The position numbers were made by a program, and so were the translations under genes. DNA of 63,876 nucleotides, counting the filler, from Saprolegnia diclina VS20 (lineage: Eukaryota), in NCBI RefSeq assembly GCF_000281045.1. It is 20 parts of 16 records of this genome, joined end to end, with 100 filler letters (N's around TTAATTAATTAA, not from the genome) between each part and the next. Parts side by side here need not be neighbours in the genome. Positions count along the whole stretch, not along the records: positions 23,011 to 29,062 come from NW_008246312.1; positions 29,163 to 30,218 come from NW_008246313.1; positions 30,319 to 32,191 come from NW_008246313.1; positions 32,292 to 38,570 come from NW_008246314.1; 16 more parts are not named here. One strand, given 5' to 3'. A model generated the notes under the pieces. It was not told the DNA's origin, made no database searches, and saw only the letters and a program-made list of their open reading frames with translations. Shown here in pieces: positions 24,847-35,826 of the stretch. Positions within the stretch are counted from its first letter, which is position 1; every line of letters begins with the position of its first letter.

Positions 24847-26211
24847 GCTGGGAAAGCCATTACCGCGTTACGCGGAAGACAGCAGTATGATGTAGCGAGT
24901 AACCTAATCCCTGTTTCTCGTTGGCACTGATCTACTCATAAGAAACGCAGCAAGCTCCAGCTTCCGCGAATGATCTATCGTTGGATCATTTGACACTCTC
25001 TTTTCATGGACCGTGCATGCTGCATACACGGCGAAGCTCGTGCTGAGTTAGTTTCGGCTACGCCTTTCCCAGGGCATCAGCCAGGTCTAGTACAGCTGTA
25101 CATCCTTTCGATTTGGTTGGTGACGAATCAAGAAGCGTCGACACTCGACTCGTTGCGGTTTGCTGTCGTCCTATCAAATCGTGATTGTAGTCGTATTGTC
25201 TACTTTTGCGCTCGAGCGTCAACGCGCGTTCGGTGATATGAGCAGTAGCGAGGTGGACGCACACGCCGCCGCACCACAAGTAGCTGCATGTTTGGTTCTA
25301 GCAAGTTTGGTTCTAGTAATAGGCTATGTCGATAGAGCAGGAGTTGTAAAGCACTGCGCGTCATAAAGAACACTGTAGAGCCCTTGCGGCGTCGAGAGGA
25401 CAGGGTACAGACAGTAGATCGTCCTTGGCACCAAGTTTGTAAACGTGTGTCGGGAGAGGCCAGGGAGCAGTAGCATGTGCCAGACCCACGAGCTGGCCAC
25501 GGCGTCCCACTNNNNNNNNNNNNNNNNNNNNNNNNNNNNNNNNNNNNNNNNNNNNNNNNNNNNNNNNNNNNNNNNNNNNNNNNNNNNNNNNNNNNNNNNN
25601 NNNNNNNNNNNNNNNNNNNNNNNNNNNNNNNNNNNNNNNNNNNNNNNNNNNNNNNNNNNNNNNNNNNNNNNNNNNNNNNNNNNNNNNNNNNNNNNNNNNN
25701 NNNNNNNNNNNNNNNNNNNNNNNNNNNNNNNNNNNNNNNNNNNNNNNNNNNNNNNNNNNNNNNNNNNNNNNNNNNNNNNNNNNNNNNNNNNNNNNNNNNN
25801 NNNNNNNNNNNNNNNNNNNNNNNNNNNNNNNNNNNNNNNNNNNNNNNNNNNNNNNNNNNNNNNNNNNNNNNNNNNNNNNNNNNNNNNNNNNNNNNNNNNN
25901 NNNNNNNNNNNNNNNNNNNNNNNNNNNNNNNNNNNNNNNNNNNNNNNNNNNNNNNNNNNNNNNNNNNNNNNNNNNNNNNNNNNNNNNNNNNNNNNNNNNN
26001 NNNNNNNNNNNNNNNNNNNNNNNNNNNNNNNNNNNNNNNNNNNNNNNNNNNNNNGCAGCGGGGCTTTGGCGGCCAGCACGATGGCGCGTCTCGCCACCAA
26101 GCACGATCGCTAGTTCAATACATTAGATCGAGAGCAGAGAATGTGATCTGATGTACCAGACGCGTCCAGCGCTTGACACACGTGGCCACGACTGCGGTGT
26201 TTGGTAGAGCA

Positions 26212-28967
26212 TGTTGGAAGTTGCATATTGCACTTACTACAAGATAGCTAAAAGCTATAAATATCACTCTACATTTCACCGACTGTACGAGTCATGAGTG
26301 TGGCGACAGCCCCAAGGTGGGTCTTCCAACAGGTTATGAGCCCAAGGGCTTCATCTGGGGCTACGATCGACCACACTCGACCGTGCCGGAATCGCAACCG
26401 AGCACATGAGCCCTACAACTCGACGCCAGCGCCGGCTGCAACACCAAGCGAGCGACAGAGCAGCGACGTCAGAACCCGCGGCGACGGCCCTGCAAACCGT
26501 AGCCACGAAGGGAGCAGTTCCAAGATCAAGGGCGCCCAAAAGGTCGCGTTGCGCAGAGCCAACCGATCAAGATCAAACTCTCCAAAACCACTCCAGGACA
26601 ACACTGCTAGACGAACGTCGCAAGATCCAGGAAGATCGGAGCTGTGGACGCAACAACAGCGCCACAAGGCCGAAGAAAGACCGTCACGGAGCAGGCAGCG
26701 CCAGAAGGATCGTGCCGCCCGGACGAGAGCCGCGAGCCTTGAAGTCGACAAGAGCACGCGAGTACCCGACGCGAGAAAGCGATCAACTTTGCATCGGTCG
26801 GAGAACGACATGGACTCGATCAAGATCAATGTCGAGCCAGCGGCGGCACCAACCCCGCCGAAACCACCAACACCGACGTCAACATCCAAGATCGTCGAAG
26901 AAGCTCTCGCAAAGCAACAAGCCCGTCACGACGAATTTCTTGCAAGACAGCAAGCCCGTCTCGACGAAGACGCCGAGGAACAACGCCGCCACGACGAGTG
27001 GATGCGCAAGCAGCAGGCGCTTGACGAGCCACGCCGAAATGAAGAGCAGCGCCGTCGAGATGAGCAGCAGGCGCCTGACGAGCAACGCCGAGATGAAGGG
27101 CAACACCGCCAAGACGAAGAGCGACGCCGCCGTGAAGAAATCCTTCTCCAGCAACGAGCCGACGACCTAAGTCGTATCTTCGAGAGGATGCGCGAAGAGC
27201 GACGCAGAGACGAGCGACTACGCCAGCAGCTAGCTGACAACCGGCGCCATCACGACGAAGAACAACGCCGTCGCGCTGAACAACTACCCCAGCAGCAAGC
27301 TGATGACCAGCGTCTTCGAGATGAAGAAAACGAGAGCTTCGAACGCGCGCGCAAAAATCAAGTCGCCACTGATGCGCGACGAGCCCAAGAGCCCACTGTC
27401 GATGCTGTCGCACAAACTCAGCACAAACACGCGCGACAGGAAGCGTACAACTACCTTGAAGGCTCGTGCCACGATCAAGAAGCAACTGCCATCGCCGAAA
27501 ACACAAACACTGAGCGCGAACGCGCAGAAGAGACCACCGCTCAAGCCAGCACAGAGCGAGACGCACCAGCACATGTCCAAGCCGCCGAAGTCGACATATG
27601 TCCAACACAAGAAGCCGCGACTGCGCAAGAAACGCCAAACGCCGAGAAAATACGGCATCGGCAAAAACTAGTCCAAGGCAAGGACGAGTCCACGGCAACG
27701 AAGCACGTAAACTTGACCGTCCTACCGAACAAGCCGCCAGGCAAGCCGTCGCGTGTGCTGCCACCCACGTCATACTCACGCACCTGCATCGATCCCGATC
27801 CCGAGCCACCACCAACGAACAGTGCGAACCACTCACACCACGTCTCGACCGAGCATACAGAGTTCCCCACGGGCCCACGAACCCACAGCAAACAGCCGCC
27901 CTCACGCACGACGGCTCCAGTCACGATGGATCATAGCAAGGCACACCTCGTCTACAAGTCGAAAAAGATTAACTTGACCAAGAGCTCCGACTCGGTCAAC
28001 ACCGCCGTGTATGGCTCCCAGCAACGACTCGACGTCGAATTTATGATCGCAAGCGTCCACTCGCCGAACCCCAACTCGATTGAGGGGGGGGCGGGAGATC
28101 CATACACTACCAGTACAGCTCAAGGACACTACTGTCAAGGTCTGCAAGCTACTCAAGATCTACAACACGATCAAGTACCAGTCAAAGAACATGGCCAAAC
28201 GCCACACCAAGGACACGCCCATCCCGATCAACCACAAGATGTTCGACGACGGTGCAACCCGCCACACGAGCAGCCACAAGATCAACCACGAGACCACGAT
28301 TCTCCGCATCCTGCACTACCTGTGGAAGACGAAGCACTACCGACTCGAGCTCAAACCCGACGGCTCACGATCGATGGACGTCTACACAGACGCCGACAGG
28401 ACCGGAGACAAGTCGAACCGACGCTCTACGACGGGCATGGTCACCAAGTTCAACGGTATCCCAATCCACCGGTCGTCCAAGCAACAATCTACAGTCGCTC
28501 TCTCGACAATGGAAGCCGAGTACATCGGCGCGTGCACCGGCACGCAAGAAGCCCTCCGGATCAAGCAGCTACTCAACGAGATCAAGATGGTCAAGGCCAA
28601 GGAGCCAGTCAACTTGTGGATCAACAACCAAAGCGCACTCAAGACGATGGAAGACCAAGTATCGTCCACTTCATCCACAACGTTGTCAAGGAAGGTACAG
28701 TCACCACTGGCTACTGCCCAATCGGCGAAATGCTGGCCGATGCGATGACCAAGCCGCTCTCTGCCGAGTGCCTCAACCGCGCGCTCGACATGATCAACAT
28801 CAAGGCACCCAACTAGCAATCTCGTACCAAGTACAACTTGAAGGCGCGTGTTGGAAGTTGCATATTGCACTTACTACAAGATAGCTAAAGCTATAAATAT
28901 CACTCTACATTTCACCGACTGTACGAGTCATGAGTGTGGCGACAGCCCCAAGGTGGGTCTTCCAACA
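26212..28967 (+). mobile_element. Non-autonomous, internally deleted Ty1/Copia LTR retrotransposon (2.76 kb)
   Basis: LTRs 26212-26331 and 28849-28967 (TGTTGGAAG...CTTCCAACA, differing by one indel). Copia-type PBS GGTTATGAGCCC at 26332. RNase H motifs YTDAD..RRSTTG..SSKQQSTVALSTMEAEY and MLADAMTKPL. Confidence 0.92.
26294..28816 (+). CDS. 840-codon ORF inside the Copia element: charged coiled coil, low-complexity region and Copia RNase H tail
   Basis: Open frame across the whole internal region with an R/E/Q-rich helix at about 26890-27350. No gag zinc knuckle, protease or integrase motifs seen. True start uncertain. Confidence 0.5.
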   Translation: MSVATAPRWVFQQVMSPRASSGATIDHTRPCRNRNRAHEPYNSTPAPAATPSERQSSDVRTRGDGPANRSHEGSSSKIKGAQKVALRRANRSRSNSPKPLQDNTARRTSQDPGRSELWTQQQRHKAEERPSRSRQRQKDRAARTRAASLEVDKSTRVPDARKRSTLHRSENDMDSIKINVEPAAAPTPPKPPTPTSTSKIVEEALAKQQARHDEFLARQQARLDEDAEEQRRHDEWMRKQQALDEPRRNEEQRRRDEQQAPDEQRRDEGQHRQDEERRRREEILLQQRADDLSRIFERMREERRRDERLRQQLADNRRHHDEEQRRRAEQLPQQQADDQRLRDEENESFERARKNQVATDARRAQEPTVDAVAQTQHKHARQEAYNYLEGSCHDQEATAIAENTNTERERAEETTAQASTERDAPAHVQAAEVDICPTQEAATAQETPNAEKIRHRQKLVQGKDESTATKHVNLTVLPNKPPGKPSRVLPPTSYSRTCIDPDPEPPPTNSANHSHHVSTEHTEFPTGPRTHSKQPPSRTTAPVTMDHSKAHLVYKSKKINLTKSSDSVNTAVYGSQQRLDVEFMIASVHSPNPNSIEGGAGDPYTTSTAQGHYCQGLQATQDLQHDQVPVKEHGQTPHQGHAHPDQPQDVRRRCNPPHEQPQDQPRDHDSPHPALPVEDEALPTRAQTRRLTIDGRLHRRRQDRRQVEPTLYDGHGHQVQRYPNPPVVQATIYSRSLDNGSRVHRRVHRHARSPPDQAATQRDQDGQGQGASQLVDQQPKRTQDDGRPSIVHFIHNVVKEGTVTTGYCPIGEMLADAMTKPLSAECLNRALDMINIKAPN

Positions 28968-29062
28968 CCGCACTGGTCCAACGCAAAGAACTCTGGGGCG
29001 ATGACGCACGAGCAGCTGCTCGACGAGCTCATGGCGTACCTCTGCTTTGGCATCGAGCGCGT
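28968..29062 (+). pseudogene. Fragment of a third copy of the 24155 family abutting the Copia 3' LTR
   Basis: PHWSNAKNSGAMTHEQLLDELMAYLCFGIER matches PHWSSMKTMDRVTHDQLLDELMAYLCFGIER. Confidence 0.8.
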
Positions 29063-29162
29063 NNNNNNNNNNNNNNNNNNNNNNNNNNNNNNNNNNNNNN
29101 NNNNNNTTAATTAATTAANNNNNNNNNNNNNNNNNNNNNNNNNNNNNNNNNNNNNNNNNNNN

Positions 29163-29470
29163 TTTTGATTGGCCAAAAAGGAAATTTTGTCCTCTTTTTG
29201 ACCAATCAAAAGCGGCGAATCTTTTTTCCACCTTGGTGGCAGCGCCAGCCGTGCCCGCCAATACCTGCGGAAGGGATCCAAGGCGCATGGCTGCGACGCC
29301 AACCAGCATACTGCTAGAGAGCGTTTTCATGTTGTGACATTCGATGCCCGACGTGGTGTCATGGGCAATTGACCCAACGTGGCGTCGACAGCGAGTGCTT
29401 TCGCCTGTCCTCGTACATGTACGTCTTGGGCGGCGTCATCACGAAGCTCTACGTGGCCAACGGTGTCTTC
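29163..29470 (-). repeat. Dispersed repeat, inverted copy of about 31200-31420, with a CCAAT-containing hairpin
   Basis: Shared core gcgtcgcagcc..cgccttggatcccttccgcaggt..tggcgggcacggct. Near-perfect 18-bp hairpin arms TTTTGATTGGCCAAAAAG / CTTTTTGACCAATCAAAA at 29163-29211. Confidence 0.65.
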
Positions 29471-29800
29471 AAGAGTGCCTCGCCAAGCTGAACAATCTGG
29501 TTTCGCTCGGCGCGAGTGCGTCATCGCTGGACGAGTGCGTCCGGTACTTTGTCTCGCAGCTCTGTGGCCGCGTCAAATGTCGGTGCCTTGACGACAGTAC
29601 TAGTATAGATCGGCTGGTGCCGCGCTACCAAGACAATCCTACCACGCAAAAACCTCTTCTGTGATCCCTCGCAGTGATGTACGGGCGCCGAAGCTGACGC
29701 TAGTTGTACCAGACCGAGCACCTTCAATAGGCTTCTCGTCCCGAATGCCACAGTTGTGCACAACTCGAAACGTCAATTTTCAAACCGACGGCGACGGAGG

Positions 29801-30218
29801 ATGCCAACTTACGACGAGGTAGAACGACGACGACCATGCGACCTGCGACGATGTGCATGTGGTCAAATGTAGAATGCGCTTCTCGGTTGGGCGCGAAGTG
29901 ACCACTGGGATCTCGTCCAATCGTATCTCGACAAAGGCGTCAACGTCAACTGCACGGACGACGTAACGTTGGATCTCTCAAGAGGAATTGTCCCATATTC
30001 AACTACACTCGAGTAGAAGGGTTGGACGCCATTGCACTTCGCTCACAAGGGCTACGCGCACAGAGCTTACGTCTTGGTTAAAAAAGGCGCCAACGTGGAC
30101 GCATGCGATTCGGTATCTATCGTTCAATCGAGTTGACTCCACGTGTTGTTTTGACGTAGTATGGAGCTACACCACTGCACTATGCCGCACAAAGCATTAA
30201 TGGAGACACTGTCTCTCT
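29801..30218 (+). CDS. Ankyrin-repeat protein, 5' part (3 introns; truncated)
   Basis: Spliced product MPTYDE|NALLGWARSDHWDLVQSYLDKGVNVNCTDD|KGWTPLHFAHKG..LVKKGANVDACDS|YGATPLHYAAQ. Introns fall at repeat boundaries. Confidence 0.8.
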
Positions 30219-30664
30219 NNNNNNNNNNNNNNNNNNNNNNNNNNNNNNNNNNNNNNNNNNNNTTAATTAATTAANNNNNNNNNNNNNNNNNNNNNNNNNN
30301 NNNNNNNNNNNNNNNNNNAAAAGCTACTCTATCGCAGCGAAGAAGAGCTTTCGGCGCCTGCCGTGGGTGAACTCGAGACCAAGTTGGCCGAACCTCGTGC
30401 TGTGAGCAGCCCTGTGGTACGTGTAGCTCAGCGAAGGGTCGTTGGTGGAAGGACGCTGTGCCTCTAGGCAACCATATCTGCCGAGAACCCACAACCTTTG
30501 ATCAAGCCACCGACGAGCGATGTGGCCAGCGACGCCGATACCGCGCCCGTTGCCGTCACACCCACAACGTTGATCGCATCGACAGTGTCTCCGGTGGGAC
30601 CAACCACACGAAACGTAACTACGTCTGACCACCGTCCTTCTAGACGATCTCAAATGCCAAGCCT

Positions 30665-30919
30665 GTGAGCACGCAAATCGCGTGTCAGCTTTGCCGTGTC
30701 TCCAACTCGCTTCTGCAGACGCACTGCCAAGGCTGCGCGAAAGAACTCGCATCTGTTGCGTCCAAGCTCAAGATGCTGCTCAAGCGTCTGGCTGTTGCCA
30801 AGAAGAATGGATTCGAGATCGACGATAATCTTGTCTGCGTCAGCTGCGACTCGCTTCAGATTATGACGGCCACGGTCTGCGAAGAATGCGACGATGAGCT
30901 TCCGGACGACAACGAGAAG
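30665..30919 (+). CDS. Small protein with two zinc ribbons (4 CxxC); start uncertain; C-terminus found on the minus strand at about 32051-32191
   Basis: CQLC..CQGC..KLKMLLKR and CVSC..CEEC..(KLRILLLR) repeat units. Confidence 0.6.
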
Positions 30920-32390
30920 NNNNNNNNNNNNNNNNNNNNNNNNNNNNNNNNNNNNNNNNNNNNNNNNNNNNNNNNNNNNNNNNNNNNNNNNNNNNNNNNN
31001 NNNNNNNNNNNNNNNNNNNTCTCCCCATTTCATTGGCTTCTTTTTAACCAATCCAACTCAACATCACAACCGGACGACGCCATATCTTTTCGGATACGCA
31101 AACCGTGTGAAGATCGAAAATGGTCCAGATCTGGTTGCTCCGGCACCAGCGCGAAAAGCATTCGAGCGACAAAAGAACGTGCGACCGCGCCAACAAGCAT
31201 GAAGCCATGGCATCCAGTGTCGTCGTCAATCCATAGAGACGCTGCCCAAGGACGTACGAGGACGGACTCGCTATCGACGCCGTCTTGGGGTATCACCCAC
31301 CGCCACTCGACCACGCTCTCGAGCAGTGTACGGGCCATCGTGCGTCGCAGCCGTACGCCTTGGATCCCTTCCGCAGGTCATGGCGGGCACGGCTTCCGCT
31401 TTCGATTGGTCAAAAAGGCGACCAAATCAACAACACCCGGGCCGGATGGATGCGATCACAAATATCGGCACATCCTGAGATGAATACAATCCTATCGGGA
31501 CGAGCTATCGGGACGCCATTTCTGCGAGGGTGCCACATAAGGCGTGCAAGCGGCAGAGCTGAGCGGCCGTGGTGGCCAGTACGACGGCGCCCAGTAGCCT
31601 GCTAGTGGTCTGGTCGAGCACGGTCAACGTGATGCGGCCAACGTGATCTGGAAGCGACGACCTGTGTCATCGCCACACTTGCCGCTGCGCCACGTCTCGG
31701 AAAGGCGGGGTTCGTGCATCTGGCCGACGCCAACTCGGCTTGGCCGCATGGATGGCTGCGTATCTTTAGGTAGATGCGTCGTACTGGCAGCAGCAAGAAC
31801 AAAGTGCTCTGCGATATGGTGGCCGACGATCATGTTTGGTTTATCGTAGCTTGTGTCATCGCCAGTGCTAGGCGAGGTGCATTCGACGACGTGCATTTGA
31901 GATATGCGATCGTCGCGCGAGGCGCCTCGCCGTCCTTCCTCAACGTTTAGTTTAGAGATAGCAAGTACCCATGCGTTTGCGTTGCCCACAAAACTACTAC
32001 GCGATTTCAAAAAGGCATTTAGTCGCTTTATCCAACCATGCAACACGAGGCTTACGTCTTGGTCGCTTGCTCGATGCGCAGCAGTAGGATTCGCAGCTTC
32101 TCGTTGTCGTCCGGAAGCTCATCGTCGCATTCTTCGCAGACCGTGGCCGTCATAATCTGAAGCGAGTCGCAGCTGACGCAGACAAGATTATNNNNNNNNN
32201 NNNNNNNNNNNNNNNNNNNNNNNNNNNNNNNNNNNTTAATTAATTAANNNNNNNNNNNNNNNNNNNNNNNNNNNNNNNNNNNNNNNNNNNNTCAGTCGAT
32301 GCTTGACAAAGATCGCCACCGAGTCTGAGTTGTGCAAATATGTACCTCGACCACAAAACCACAGCATCGAGATCCGATGTCGTCCCGAAC

Positions 32391-32408
32391 GCTTCATTTT
32401 CGAATTCA
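32391..32408 (+). promoter_or_regulatory. Oomycete INR/FPR core promoter
   Basis: GCTTCATTTTCGAATT about 30 nt upstream of the ATG at 32425. Similar motifs at 38392 (ACTTCATTTTCACTTT), 39414 (GACTCATTCCTCAATCT) and 51910 (CTCCATTTTCCAACTTT). Confidence 0.6.
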
Positions 32409-32424
32409 CCAAGTCCCGATCAAC

Positions 32425-33006
32425 ATGCGCGTCATTTACGCTCCGCTCATCCTCGCCGCGTCGGCGCTCGGCCTCGCGACCTCCAACACGGCCGACGCGC
32501 TGCCCCTCGACACGATCAAGGCCGTCAGCAACGAGACCGAGACTGTCGTCAAGGGCGAGTTCCCGTCGAACCAGTGGGGTCTCCAGCGTCTCAACGTGTG
32601 GACCTCCGGCGACTCGGAGGCCTTCCACCGTGAGCCGCTCGACCAGTGGGTCACGGTCTGGGGCGGCGTCGTCAACCTCCGCTGCCGCAACTGCGGCGGT
32701 GGTCGCGCCTGGCAAGTCATGCAGTCCGAAGGCTCGAACGACTACGACATGCTACGCAACGTCCAGGACAACTTGTGCCTTGACGCGTACTGGAGCAACG
32801 ACGCTGGCAAGCCACTCGTGCACGGCTATCAATGCCAGCAGTACAACTCGAACCAGCGCTGGGAGTACTCGCGCTACAACTCGGCGACGATGATCCGCCA
32901 CAAGGTGTTCTGGGACTGGTGCTTGCTCATCTACCCCAACGGCGACGCCACCATGGCCAACTGCGCGCAAAACTGGAACGACGTGCACTTCAACTTTGTC
33001 GCCTAG
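32425..33006 (+). CDS. Secreted ricin-B (beta-trefoil) lectin-domain protein (193 aa)
   Basis: Signal peptide MRVIYAPLILAASALG; ricin motifs NLCLDAY..VHGYQC..NSNQRW..IRHK..WCL. Confidence 0.88.
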   Translation: MRVIYAPLILAASALGLATSNTADALPLDTIKAVSNETETVVKGEFPSNQWGLQRLNVWTSGDSEAFHREPLDQWVTVWGGVVNLRCRNCGGGRAWQVMQSEGSNDYDMLRNVQDNLCLDAYWSNDAGKPLVHGYQCQQYNSNQRWEYSRYNSATMIRHKVFWDWCLLIYPNGDATMANCAQNWNDVHFNFVA

Positions 33007-33334
33007 ATGTCTCCAGATTGTGCCACGTCACGAGCAGACGCTCCATTGGAGTCCTGATGCCAAACATAACATGTGACTGTAATGCGATGTTGTCTCTTGC
33101 ACATTTGCAAGCGTATCTCGATGTTGAAGCGACGAGCGGAATCTGAGAGGTCCCATGCGTTGATACCTAGGGCGCAAGAGATGCTGCGGACATGTACATA
33201 CTCGCCCATGGGGCTGAGCTAAACTCAATGATGACGCCACACACCACTTCTTCGCGGAAGCTCTTCGCGGGCCCTTTCGTTGTTGAATAGCCCACTCAAC
33301 TTTCTCGCGACCAAGTTTTGTTGGCCGAATCAGG

Positions 33335-34890
<1,556 letters not shown>

Positions 34891-35080
34891 CGTCGTTTGA
34901 GCGCTGGTTTTGATTGGGCATTTGAATCTGGAAAGTGCAATATCGGGTGACAGAAAGAGGTGTTTACGGCAGCCACAACTCGATATTTGCTACGACTTGT
35001 GACAAAACGTGGTGCGCGAGCGTTTCGGATCTGAGGAGATTGGCAGCGGTTTCTACGGGAAAACTGCAGCGTGCATGAGC

Positions 35081-35152
35081 GGCCTAATGGTCTAGTGGTA
35101 GGATTCTCGCTTTGGGTGCGAGAGGTCCCGGTTTCGATCACCGGTTGGGCCC
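35081..35152 (+). tRNA. trnP: tRNA-Pro (UGG)
   Basis: Full cloverleaf: acceptor GGCCTAA/TTGGGCC, anticodon arm CTCGC-TTTGGGT-GCGAG, T arm CCGGT-TTCGATC-ACCGG. Pol III terminator TTTTT at 35153-35157. Confidence 0.92.
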
Positions 35153-35264
35153 TTTTTCGTTTGTTTTGGATGGAGAATGAAAAGAAGGCGTCAGCCTCTC
35201 TTTTATAACCTGCTTATACTGGTAGGAACCTCTGGTTACACCAGCCCACGGGGGATTAATTGTA

Positions 35265-35297
<33 letters not shown>

Positions 35298-35791
35298 TCG
35301 AGTCTTTCGATAGGACCGACTGGGTCACCCAGGGTCAAGGCCCATCCTAGGGTGGATCCGCCATGATGGACGTGCTCAATCGCGAGGGAAGACGACTTCT
35401 GCCGCCACGAAGAAGTCGCGTTTAGGTACAATATCTCATGCAAGCATGATGCCCAACGTTTTGTCGCCAACAAGGCAGCGTACAATGTCCCGGTAGGATC
35501 TGGATAGACCCGGACCCTCCGACCCCAAGGCCCCGAGTTTTGGCCCACGCTTCGATCCGTGGCTATGTACTGTATCGCGGCGAGTCGCTCAAGCTCTTTC
35601 CCATAGGTTCGGAAATGGTACAAGCCAACGACATTTTCGGCCCGTGTACCGATATTGTCTCCTCGTCCCACTTGTGTGCGGCCCTTGCCTACTGCAAGAG
35701 TTCCAAAAGCAACGCCAGGGCAACGCCAAGGCACGCGCCGCCCAGGAGGTTTCCTACCAGCCCACTCCGCAGGAACCTAGTTCGGCGGGAC
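35265..35791 (-). mobile_element. Putative non-LTR retroposon (SINE or truncated LINE) with (GACA)8 tail
   Basis: (TGTC)8 at 35265-35296 next to a possible 3' stem-loop. Candidate 6-bp TSD ATTGTA at 35259-35264 and 35792-35797. Confidence 0.45.
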
Positions 35792-35826
35792 ATTGTAGTA
35801 CGGAATGAAAAAATATACAAAGAAAC

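Noticed and set aside
30825..32191. Inverted duplication of the zinc-ribbon gene (30825-30919 versus 32097-32191)
   Set aside because: Both copies are exactly 95 nt and both sit at contig ends. Flipping 31020-32191 completes the ORF (..DDNEKLRILLLRIEQATKT*). Most likely a misoriented contig overlap.
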